Assembly (NCBI GenBank): GCA_963662665.2
Contig: CAXXJS010000050.1
Span: forward strand, 1-64,000
DNA: 64,000 bases
DNA from: Candidatus Latescibacterota bacterium
GTDB taxonomy: Bacteria; Latescibacterota; UBA2968; GCA-2709665
Direction of reading: 5' to 3'
Below the pieces are notes generated by a model. That model ran no database searches and was not told the DNA's origin. It saw nothing but the letters and a program-made list of their open reading frames with translations. Of this stretch, positions 10,025-18,176 are shown one piece after another. Position 1 is the stretch's first letter; every line of letters begins with the position of its first letter. A program made the position numbers and the translations under genes.

Positions 10025-10097
10025 TTTCAAAGAAGTGTTCGATGACGGATGTCCTTATATTTGGGTGAACATCCAACCCAATAAAGGAGGTTTCGCC

Positions 10098-10493
10098 ATG
10101 TCTCAGGACAACAGCTTCGGCCTTTCGGTTATCGGTCAGATTTCGGTGACTGTCCAGGATCTCGACCGTGCGGTGGCGTTCTATCGCGATCAACTGGGTA
10201 TGCAATTCCTCTTCCGCGTTCCCAGGATGGCCTTTTTCAATTGTTCGGGCGTGAGACTACTGCTCGGTCTTTCGGAAGATGAATCGGCGGACGTGCACGC
10301 TTCGATACTTTATTATAAGGTGGAGGACCTCGAAGGCACGTGTGAAGCGTTGCGTTCACGCGGCGTCACTTTCGACAGTGGACCGCACAAGATTGCCGAT
10401 ATGCCAGACCATGAACTGTGGATGGCGTTCTTCAGGGACTCCGAGACGAACCTGATGGCGCTGATGGCCGAGAAACCGATAGAGAAGCAATAG
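10098..10493 (+). CDS. VOC/glyoxalase family protein
   Basis: IGQISVTVQDLDRAVAFYRDQLG...WMAFFRDSE; AAGGAGG before ATG 10098. Confidence 0.9.
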   Translation: MSQDNSFGLSVIGQISVTVQDLDRAVAFYRDQLGMQFLFRVPRMAFFNCSGVRLLLGLSEDESADVHASILYYKVEDLEGTCEALRSRGVTFDSGPHKIADMPDHELWMAFFRDSETNLMALMAEKPIEKQ

Positions 10494-10628
10494 ACGCGGC
10501 CCGACCGGGAGGGGATAGACAGCGCGTTCGATCAGTGCTCGGGCTGGACGCATTTCTTCGCGAGCCCCAAGGCGCGGCTTGAATATGACGTGGACCTGAA
10601 ACACTTCTACGACGATCACGGCGGCTGA
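10494..10628 (+). pseudogene. C-terminal remnant of an SRPBCC/AHSA1-like gene
   Basis: Startless frame EGIDSAFDQCSGWTHFFASPKARLEYDVDLKHFY* resembles the SRPBCC terminal helix GW...LKAxLE.G.DLR. Confidence 0.55.
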
Positions 10629-10747
10629 GCGGCCGGTGTCCCCGTGCCGATTTCCGCCGCTCGCGTGATTGACTGTGGAATGCACCGCGCGCCGTTCCGG
10701 GTAAGCCCGGTGACGGCGCGTTTCGCGTTGTGGTCGCGGCGTACATG

Positions 10748-10784
10748 AAAAGCGGACCGGGGGATTCCCCGGTCCGTGGGTTTT
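10748..10784. terminator. Probable bidirectional intrinsic terminator
   Basis: AAAA-GCGGACCGGGG-GATT-CCCCGGTCCGT-GGGTTTT between convergent genes. Confidence 0.65.
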
Positions 10785-10949
10785 GACGACATATATATGT
10801 CGATCTATCAGGACGTAAGTAAAATTGGCGACAATGTAACGGGTGGCGTCCGTGGGCTACCGATGGACCCGTACGCGGTTTTTTTTGATCTGGTGGCTGC
10901 CCCCGTCGCCGTCTTCATCCCGCCCGGCCGCTGAATCCGCCCACAGGGC

Positions 10950-11405
10950 CTATGCACCGCGAAGACGGAGCCAGATTGCGCGGATGAGCATTGGAATGCC
11001 GACCAGGACCAGAAATGGAACGAGAGCGTAGATAACCACCATGTGGGGTCCGAGCAATCCGCCGACGAGGCTGAATAGTACAGCTAGCGGCGTTGCGATC
11101 GCCAACCCGACCAGAATCCAGACCCGCGGGGTACCGCTAACGCCCTTTAACATGCGCTGCGCCAGTAATCCGATGAGGGCGCCGGCGATGAAGAAAATGA
11201 CGAGTCCGGACGCGATGCTCGGAAGCGCAATGAGCAACCCGAACGGGTCGGAGTGATGCATCGTACCGAAACGAATAACGGCCACCAGCACCTGAAGAAC
11301 GCACAACCCCAGGCCGAACCACACCGGCAGCTTCCAGTAGCCCCAGGAGCGGCGGTTTGGCGCTTCCGGCTTACCTGCACCGGCGTTTCCGTCAGCTTGT
11401 TCCAT
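10950..11405 (-). CDS. Hypothetical integral membrane protein (4 TM)
   Basis: Four hydrophobic segments; start ambiguous (11405 or 11423). Confidence 0.65.
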   Translation of the reverse strand: MEQADGNAGAGKPEAPNRRSWGYWKLPVWFGLGLCVLQVLVAVIRFGTMHHSDPFGLLIALPSIASGLVIFFIAGALIGLLAQRMLKGVSGTPRVWILVGLAIATPLAVLFSLVGGLLGPHMVVIYALVPFLVLVGIPMLIRAIWLRLRGA

Positions 11406-11423
11406 GGCGAATTCCCCCTGCAT

Positions 11424-11625
11424 CTATTTTATCGGAAAGTCAAAATACGCATCTGGATAAGGTTCGTTTGCAAGCGTAATGTGCCACCATTCCTTGTCGT
11501 AATTCACAAAACCGTGTGCTTCCATAAACGTCTTCAATCGCTGGCGGTTGCGTTTTGCGGTCCGGTGATCCGGGGGTCCGTGGTAGTGGCACGCGTATCG
11601 AATTGGTCGAACCGGGTGCTCAGAC
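11424..11625 (-). pseudogene. Frameshifted C-terminal fragment of D-Ala-D-Ala dipeptidase (VanX/DdpX, peptidase M15D)
   Basis: TRFDQFDTRATTTDPRITGPQ / NRQRLKTFMEAHGFVNYDKEWWHITLANEPYPDAYFDFPIK*, with a 1-nt frameshift near 11550; EWWH and EPYPD.YFDFP are VanX hallmarks. Confidence 0.85.
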
Positions 11626-11742
11626 CGGATTCTTCCGATAAGCGCGACTGCCCGCCTGTCAGCCGGATTTACGAGTCGGGCTCTCTATAGTGAACCTTTG
11701 CCCCCTGCGTCGCGCCTTGCAGGGTAGAGAAGAGGCAACCGC

Positions 11743-13128
11743 GTGATGAGTTCGACCGACCAAGAACTGGCAAAGCAGGTACGGCAGGGAAACGAGGCTG
11801 CGTTCGTTACCCTGATCCGCCGTTACGAGCGCGTAATAGCTGCGTTGATCCGTTCCCGGATCGGCTCCGGCGAACAGGTGCAGGACGTGTTGCAGGAAAC
11901 GCTGGTCCACGCGTGGCGGGGCCTGCGCCGGTCCACGCCGCGCGACGTACGTCCGTGGCTGCTGCAGGTGGCCCGAAACCGCTGCCACGATTTCTTCAGG
12001 TCGCCCCAACGCCGCGAATTATACGTCGGGAGCGAAGCCCTGACGCCGCTGGTCAACCGCGGCGGGCTCGCGCAGTCGCGGGACCGAGAAGCCGCCGAGT
12101 CCATCGTGGAGGCAATGGACGAAGTACCCGAGCGCGAGCGGGCCGCCCTTCGGGCGTTTTATCTGGACGGTTTGAGCATCGCGGAAATCGCCGCTCGGCA
12201 CCGATGTCCGGGCGGCACGTTCAAACGCCGCCTTTCGCACGGCCGCGATCGAATCCGGAAAGCACTGGGAATCACCCCAACGTTGAGGAAGACCGACATG
12301 AAGACAATTAAACTGGCTTTCCCACCGCAAAGACCCGAAATACGCATTCAGGCGAGCGGCGTGAAGCCGTTCCGTATCGATTTCAAGGAAATGGCACGGT
12401 GGTTTGTACAGCCGGAAGTGGGCGATCAAGTCGCAGAAGGCTTCTATGATCGTATGGAAGACAGCAATGGCATATGGCGCCTTTGCGAAACCAAACGGCT
12501 CACCGCCCGCCGGCCGGCGGTGATTCATGGACGACCATGTGTCGAGGTTGAGGTCGAGGAGATGCGTTTCGGTAAGACGTCAAACAAGGGAAAGACCCGC
12601 ATTACAAGGGTCTGGGGGCATTTGGCTGATGACGAGGTGGAGTGGATCGCCGTAGAATCGGAAAAACCCGACGGCGTGATAGAACTGACAACGTTTCTGG
12701 ACGAAGAATTCCACGACCAATGGTGGGGTTCACCGCGGGTGGTCGAGGACTGCGGATGGGTGTCCAAACGGGCCGATGGCGCCTGGGTCAGACAGCCGGA
12801 TGCCCCCGCCCTCACAGGCGCGGGCGTGTTCGACGTCCACGTCGGAGGTCGTCAGTTCACCTGTTTGCGCGTCTTTGACCTCGAGGAAAACGCCACTGAG
12901 AGAGACGTTCTGATTGAGGCCTATATTACCCGCGCCGGACGCACGGTACTCTTCCGGCGATATAGTGGAAGCCGCTGGGGCAAGCGCGACGCCCCGCCGC
13001 ACAACTGGGGCGAAGCGATGACTTGGGAAGAAGACCTGCCAGGGAACGATCGCGTCGTCATCGACGGGGTGAGCTATGTGCATCACTACGACGTCCTGAC
13101 GGCGGAGGCCTGCGGAATCGCCGTTTAA
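11743..13128 (+). CDS. ECF RNA polymerase sigma factor with ~280-aa C-terminal extension
   Basis: sigma2 (QDVLQETLVHAW..PWLLQVARNRCHD) and sigma4 (GLSIAEIA..TFKRRLSHGRDRIRK) lie in the first ~180 aa. Confidence 0.88.
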   Translation: MMSSTDQELAKQVRQGNEAAFVTLIRRYERVIAALIRSRIGSGEQVQDVLQETLVHAWRGLRRSTPRDVRPWLLQVARNRCHDFFRSPQRRELYVGSEALTPLVNRGGLAQSRDREAAESIVEAMDEVPERERAALRAFYLDGLSIAEIAARHRCPGGTFKRRLSHGRDRIRKALGITPTLRKTDMKTIKLAFPPQRPEIRIQASGVKPFRIDFKEMARWFVQPEVGDQVAEGFYDRMEDSNGIWRLCETKRLTARRPAVIHGRPCVEVEVEEMRFGKTSNKGKTRITRVWGHLADDEVEWIAVESEKPDGVIELTTFLDEEFHDQWWGSPRVVEDCGWVSKRADGAWVRQPDAPALTGAGVFDVHVGGRQFTCLRVFDLEENATERDVLIEAYITRAGRTVLFRRYSGSRWGKRDAPPHNWGEAMTWEEDLPGNDRVVIDGVSYVHHYDVLTAEACGIAV

Positions 13129-13155
13129 CGCTCACAGTACACGGCCGACGTCCGA

Positions 13156-13731
13156 CTATCGTACGCGGCGGTACGTCATGGTGTGAGCCATTGTTTCCTT
13201 GCCGCCCTCGTACATCGTCCAGGTCTGCGACATTCCGTCCTCACCGTCAAAGGTGATCTTTACGGAGTGCATGTGCGACTCGTCCGGCGAATCGAGAGAG
13301 CCCTCGACCAGTTCCAACGCAATCGCCCCGTCGGTGGCTTTGGTCAGGCTCATCTGCGGCTGATTGCCCTTCGCGCAATAGTGGGTCATCCACAGCTTCC
13401 CGCCGCGGTCGTGGTACACGGAGATCATCTCCTTGGGGGTATCAGGGAAGTTGCGCTCAACGATGACGCTGCCGTTGGCCGCCACGCGGTACTCCGTTGC
13501 AACCGTCATCATCGCGCCTTTCCCGCCTTCCGAACCCCCGCCCCCGGACATCGGCATCTCGGACTCCCAGCGCCCGGCCAGTGACTTCAGTTGCTCGAAC
13601 TCCGCCGACCCGACGTGTGCCCCGGCCTGCTTTTCGTCTCTTCCTTCCGGTTTACCCCCGTCTTCACCTGCATATACCGAAAAAGTGACGGTCGCGAGCA
13701 GAACTGTCAGGGCGGGTTTGATTTTATTCAT
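13156..13731 (-). CDS. Hypothetical exported protein (probable beta-barrel/lipocalin-like fold)
   Basis: Signal peptide (VYA), FEQLKSLAGRW, EMISVYH, LWMTHYCAKGNQPQM; AAAGGA RBS. Confidence 0.75.
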   Translation of the reverse strand: MNKIKPALTVLLATVTFSVYAGEDGGKPEGRDEKQAGAHVGSAEFEQLKSLAGRWESEMPMSGGGGSEGGKGAMMTVATEYRVAANGSVIVERNFPDTPKEMISVYHDRGGKLWMTHYCAKGNQPQMSLTKATDGAIALELVEGSLDSPDESHMHSVKITFDGEDGMSQTWTMYEGGKETMAHTMTYRRVR

Positions 13732-14006
13732 CGTGGCATTCCTTTCGACAACGTGGGTAGAGATAATATGGTTGGATGAATAGCGCAGGCAGCGTGGCGC
13801 CGGTTCGTCAACCGCCCGCCAGGAAGGGGGTGAAATGCCCTATTGACCGACGTCGCGCTGCCGACGCGGCGCGGAGCAGAGTTGTCAGTCGTCAATATCA
13901 GGCAGGTTGTAATTCATCTTAAATCGAGAATGGCGGCGGGATGAATGGAAGGGCGGGCAGACTCTGAATACAACATGTTAATAATTAACGGAGTATGCGA
14001 TAAAAC

Positions 14007-14081
14007 TGGTGACCCCGAGGGGAGTCGAACCCCCGTTGCCGGGTTGAAAACCCGGTGTCCTAACCACTGAACGACGGGGTC
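14007..14081 (-). tRNA. tRNA-Glu(TTC)
   Basis: GACCCCG acceptor stem, anticodon arm CCGGG-TTTTCAA-CCCGG, GGTTCGACTCC, 3' CCA. Confidence 0.97.
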
Positions 14082-14099
14082 ACCCGAATCAAGGGCCGA

Positions 14100-14128
14100 A
14101 ATTTATAGAAATCCCTTTTCGCTGTCAA
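14100..14128 (-). promoter_or_regulatory. sigma70 promoter of tRNA-Glu
   Basis: Minus strand TTGACA-N17-TAAATT. Confidence 0.7.
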
Positions 14129-14183
14129 GTTAATCGTTGCGAATGCGGAGGAACCGGGTGTGGGGTTCCAAACTGGAATGCGC

Positions 14184-14212
14184 TTGACATTTCCGGTTGA
14201 TTTTTGTTTATT
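14184..14212 (+). promoter_or_regulatory. sigma70 promoter upstream of tRNA-Val
   Basis: TTGACA-N17-TTTATT. Confidence 0.5.
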
Positions 14213-14316
14213 CAAAGGGCTTAAATCCACTTTTTGTCCGGTTATTGAATCAACCAGTTCGCCCGGCGTATAAATTAAGGAATGGCCTTTAAGTGAGCGG
14301 TCTGAATTATTCAGGT

Positions 14317-14393
14317 GGGCGATTAGCTCAGCTGGTTAGAGCGCTGGTTTCACATACCAGAGGTCACTGGTTCGAGTCCAGTATCGCCCACCA
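14317..14393 (+). tRNA. tRNA-Val(CAC)
   Basis: GGGCGAT acceptor stem, anticodon arm CTGGT-TTCACAT-ACCAG, GGTTCGAGTCC, 3' CCA. Confidence 0.97.
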
Positions 14394-14456
14394 TGATCCG
14401 AAAGGCAAGGTGGCCTCGGCCTGTCCGCGAGTGGAACTGGACGGCCGGCAATCGTC

Positions 14457-14496
14457 AGGGTGCATTCGTCAAACGGATGCGCCTTTCTTTTTTATT
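14457..14496 (+). terminator. Intrinsic terminator after tRNA-Val
   Basis: AGGGTGCATTCGT-CAA-ACGGATGCGCCTT followed by TCTTTTTT. Confidence 0.7.
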
Positions 14497-14507
14497 GGAG
14501 TTTACGC

Positions 14508-15221
14508 ATGAAAGAAAGCCTGCATAGTCTCTTGAACCTGCAACGCGTCGATACGGAACTGGACAAACTCAGAAAGGTGCAGACAGATTATCCCGAAGCA
14601 ATTGCGGAAATACGCAAGAAGGTCGACTCCGCAAAACAGGCGGTGGACGTCAAGAAGGAGCAGGCTGCGGAACTCGAAAAGAACCGGCGTCACGTGGAGG
14701 GTGAATTGGAGGCAATACAGGCGGATCTGAAAAAACACCAGGACCGTCTCTACGAAGTGAAGACCAACCGTGAATATGATGCGCTCCAGATTGAAATCGA
14801 AGTCCTTAGAAACAGGGCGGACGAAAACGAGACCATTATCCTGGAGGGTATCGAGCAACACGATGACCTGAAAGAAATGTTGAAGGAGGAAGAGAGCGCG
14901 TACAAGGCGCTGAAAGCCGAATATATGGCGGAAATTAAAGACCTGCAGAGCCGTCTGGATCGCGTCGATGAAGACGCCCGCGGGTGGCGCGAAGAGCGGG
15001 AGGCTGCGGAAACCGACGTGGAAATGCGGGTTCTGTCCACGTACAGCCGGATCCGCGCCGTTGTCAGGGACGGGGTCGCCGTGGTGCCGATCGGCAAGGG
15101 TTCGTGCGGAGGGTGTTTCAGGGAGTTGCCGCCGCAGCGTCGTATGGAGGTCCGTCGGCAGGACCGGATCCTTCGCTGTGAGAACTGCGGCCGGATCCTG
15201 GTGTGGCGGGAAGATGCCTGA
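14508..15221 (+). CDS. Coiled-coil C4-type zinc-ribbon protein (DUF164/CT398-like)
   Basis: LQRVDTE, KTNREYDALQIEI, CGGC..CENCGRIL. Confidence 0.92.
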   Translation: MKESLHSLLNLQRVDTELDKLRKVQTDYPEAIAEIRKKVDSAKQAVDVKKEQAAELEKNRRHVEGELEAIQADLKKHQDRLYEVKTNREYDALQIEIEVLRNRADENETIILEGIEQHDDLKEMLKEEESAYKALKAEYMAEIKDLQSRLDRVDEDARGWREEREAAETDVEMRVLSTYSRIRAVVRDGVAVVPIGKGSCGGCFRELPPQRRMEVRRQDRILRCENCGRILVWREDA

Positions 15222-15645
15222 CGTGGCGGGCGGCGATACGATAACGCTTTACGTGGACGGCGCGGCGAAGGGGAATCCCGGCCCGGCGGGCATCGGCGTA
15301 CGGGTTGAACTCAAGGGCGTGGTCCTGTGTGAACAATCGGAATTCATTGGCAACGCCACTAACAACGTGGCGGAATACAAGGCCCTTATTTACGGTTTGG
15401 AAATTGCCCGGAGGCTGCGGGTAACGCGTGTCAACGTTGTCTCAGACAGCGAGTTGATCGTCCGGCAGATGAACGGCCGGTACAATGTAAAGAACGAGAA
15501 GCTGTTGCCGTTGTATCAAAGCGCCCGCGAACTCGCGGTGCCGTTCGACGGATTCCGGATCCGCCACGTCTCGCGTTCGGAGAACCAACACGCCGACCGC
15601 CTGGCCAATCAGGGGATTTCGGACGCCATGAAACGCAAACCGTGA
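15214..15645 (+). CDS. rnhA: Ribonuclease HI
   Basis: YVDGAAKGNPGPAG, TNNVAEYKAL, SDSELIVRQM, HVSRSENQHADRLAN. Confidence 0.93.
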   Translation: MPDVAGGDTITLYVDGAAKGNPGPAGIGVRVELKGVVLCEQSEFIGNATNNVAEYKALIYGLEIARRLRVTRVNVVSDSELIVRQMNGRYNVKNEKLLPLYQSARELAVPFDGFRIRHVSRSENQHADRLANQGISDAMKRKP

Positions 15646-15673
15646 GCAGCCGGGCGGTTCACGAACCCACAAT

Positions 15674-16180
15674 TCAGGCATAGCGGGCCGGATGGCCGCG
15701 CCTGTAACAGTCCGTTGAGAGCGTCGTTCTGCTGGCCAGGCCGGGCAAATCGGCAGCCTGAGCCGGACTGCCTGCTGAAGCATGCGAGGCGGACCGCAGA
15801 CCGGAAGGACCTTTTCAACGGGCTGTTATGGGTGAGGAAAGTCCGAGCTCCACAGGGCAGGATGCTGGGTAACTCCCAGGCGGGGCAACCCGAAGGAAAG
15901 TGCCACAGAGAACAGACCGCCAGCGGGCGAAACCACGGTTTCGTTGCGGGCAAGGGTGAAACGGCGGGGTAAGAGCCCACCGCGCTCCCGGAGACGGGAG
16001 CGGCACGGTAAACCCCATCCGGAGCAAGGCCAAATAGGAGCGGAGAGGCGGCCCGTCTCGATAAAACGCTCGGGTAGGCTGCACAGAGGCGTCGGGCAAC
16101 CGGCGTCCCAGATAAATGGCCATCCGTCCGGCGCTTTAGCGGCGGACGACAGAACTCGGCTTACAGGCCCGCTTGCCTGA
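15674..16180 (+). ncRNA. rnpB: RNase P RNA (bacterial A-type) with an extended P3
   Basis: GAGGAAAGTCCGAGCTCC, GAAAGTGCCACAGA, GGTAAACCCC, GAGCAAG, ACAGAACTCGGCTTA; P1 AGCGGGCC/GGCCCGCT; P2 GGATGGCC/GGCCATCC. Confidence 0.96.
15705..15828 (-). mobile_element. MITE-like inverted-repeat element inside rnpB P3
   Basis: TAACAGTCCGTTGAGAG...CTTTTCAACGGGCTGTTA; both ~35-40-bp ends align with the element at 57455-57619. Confidence 0.8.
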
Positions 16181-16214
16181 TACAGCTTCTTAGAATCCCT
16201 TCCAGGAGCGAGGG

Positions 16215-17039
16215 GTGAGCTTTCTCCAGAAATTCCGCGACGCCGCCGACACCCGAAACAGTCGGGTCTGCGTGGGCCTCGATCCCGATCCGCAACGCCT
16301 GCCTGCCCACCTCACCGGAACCGCGAACCCGGTCTCTGTATTTCTAAGGGAAATCGTCTCCGCCACGCAGGACCTTGTCTGCGCCTACAAACCCAACTTC
16401 GCCTTCTTCGGCGCGATGGGGCCGGCGGGGTGGCAGAGCCTCACGGATGTCATCCATGCCATCCCCGACACAACGCCCGTTGTGCTCGACTTCAAGGCGG
16501 GGGACATTGGCAACTCCGCCGCGCGCTACGCACAGATGGCTTACGAAAGGCTCGGCGTGGACGCGGTCACCGTCAACCCCCTTATGGGCGCCGACGCCGT
16601 GGCGCCCTTCCTGGACTACCGCGACCGATGTGCGTTCTTGCTCTGTCTCACGTCCAATCCCGGCGCGGCAGACTTCCAGCGGCTTTCCACAAATGACGGT
16701 CCTTTCTACCTGCACGTTGCGAGGAAAGCCGTAGAATGGTCCGCCACGGGCCCCTGCGGCCTCGTGGTCGGCGCGACTCACGTTGGTGAACTCGCCAGCG
16801 TCAGGGGCCTCGCGCCGGAACTTCCCATCCTGGTCCCCGGCGTTGGCGCCCAGATGGGGGATCCCGCGGCCGTGATCCGGCACGGCGCAGACGGGAATGG
16901 CGGCGGCCTTCTCGTCAACGCATCCAGGAGCGTACTCTACGCTTCCTCCGGTCGGGATTTCGCGGCCGATGCCAGGAAAGCAGCCGAAGGGCTTCGCGCC
17001 AACCTGGAACGGGAGCGGTCGGCGTCATTGAGCGAATAA
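16215..17039 (+). CDS. pyrF: Orotidine-5'-phosphate decarboxylase
   Basis: CVGLDP, YKPNFAFF, DFKAGDIGNS, LTSNPG, GLVVGAT, LVPGVGAQ, NASRS. Confidence 0.96.
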   Translation: MSFLQKFRDAADTRNSRVCVGLDPDPQRLPAHLTGTANPVSVFLREIVSATQDLVCAYKPNFAFFGAMGPAGWQSLTDVIHAIPDTTPVVLDFKAGDIGNSAARYAQMAYERLGVDAVTVNPLMGADAVAPFLDYRDRCAFLLCLTSNPGAADFQRLSTNDGPFYLHVARKAVEWSATGPCGLVVGATHVGELASVRGLAPELPILVPGVGAQMGDPAAVIRHGADGNGGGLLVNASRSVLYASSGRDFAADARKAAEGLRANLERERSASLSE

Positions 17040-17176
17040 CCCGAAAGCCGCGGTCCGCCGCCGCCGAGCGGCCGCGCGACGAAACATAGCCGTACCGTTT
17101 GATGGAAGTCGATCGGATGCACTGGAAGCGGGGATGCAGCCGGTACGTAATGGAGGTCGTAACGATCCTGGGAGAC

Positions 17177-17998
17177 ATGGTCATGGAACCGCGCAAATTG
17201 ACCGTCGAGCAGAAACAGCAGTGGGCGATAGACGGGTATATCCTGCTCAAGGGTGTCCTCTCGGTCGAAGAAACCGTAAGTCTCAGGCGGGACGTGGACC
17301 GGCTGCACCGGAAGTTTGTCCTCAACAAGGCCGATGCGGACCGGAAGTCCGGCCTGGACCGCAGAAACATATTACCGGACGGCGACGCGTTTATCCGTCT
17401 CATTGACCATCCCGGCGCGTTCGGCGTTATCCTGGAACTGATGGGCCCGTATATCCAGCTCAGCATGGCGGAAGCCGTTGTGCGTCCGCCGAATCCCGGA
17501 TACATGGGTTTTATCCACACAGACGGCGGCCAGGCCCTGCGACATATTCGCGTCACCGAAACAAGCTGGCCGCTCCAGCTCAAAATCCAGTATTTTCTCA
17601 CCGACGTCAAAAAACCCGACTGCGGCAATTTTACCATTTTTCCCGGCAGCCATCTGCGACCCTACCCGGAGGGGGACGCGCCCATTACGGCCCGCACTCC
17701 CGGTGCAGTGCAACTTTGCGCGGCAGCGGGTGACGCGGCCGTCTTTTCCCACGCCCTCTGGCACGGGGTTTCGTCCAACCTTTCAAAGCGGTCCAGAAAG
17801 ACACTCATATACTGTTATAGCCAGCAATGCTTCCGGACCTTCGACTTTAACGGCCACTCCGGTGAAGTTCTGGCGAAATGCACGCCCAGACAACGCCGTC
17901 TGCTGGGGGATCTGGGCCGAGACTGGCGCCCCGGCGCGTACTTCTACAGTCCCGAAGACCAGGTTGAGATCATCGACCAGAGGTCTGAGGTCGCCTGA
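17177..17998 (+). CDS. Phytanoyl-CoA dioxygenase (PhyH) family Fe(II)/2OG oxygenase
   Basis: HTD...IFPGSH...AGDAAVF..LWHG..N...R. Confidence 0.88.
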   Translation: MVMEPRKLTVEQKQQWAIDGYILLKGVLSVEETVSLRRDVDRLHRKFVLNKADADRKSGLDRRNILPDGDAFIRLIDHPGAFGVILELMGPYIQLSMAEAVVRPPNPGYMGFIHTDGGQALRHIRVTETSWPLQLKIQYFLTDVKKPDCGNFTIFPGSHLRPYPEGDAPITARTPGAVQLCAAAGDAAVFSHALWHGVSSNLSKRSRKTLIYCYSQQCFRTFDFNGHSGEVLAKCTPRQRRLLGDLGRDWRPGAYFYSPEDQVEIIDQRSEVA

Positions 17999-18176
17999 AC
18001 GTCTCTCCTCGCCGCGTCTCCTGCCCGCCCTGTTCCGAAATTTCCACTCCAGGACACGTTGTCGGCATTGCCCCCGTCCGTTGTGTATCGCCTGCGGGTT
18101 GAGGAACCACCGCGCACGTGAGGCAATCCCGTCGTCTCATCCGGAATCGCCTGCCGGCATTTGGAGATGAACAGAC

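Noticed and set aside
13821-13846. Strong SD followed by a minimal ORF (AGGGGGTGAA ATG CCC TAT TGA)
   Set aside because: Three codons with no supporting context; indistinguishable from chance.
15609-16180. ORFs overlapping rnpB
   Set aside because: Spurious frames over a structural RNA.
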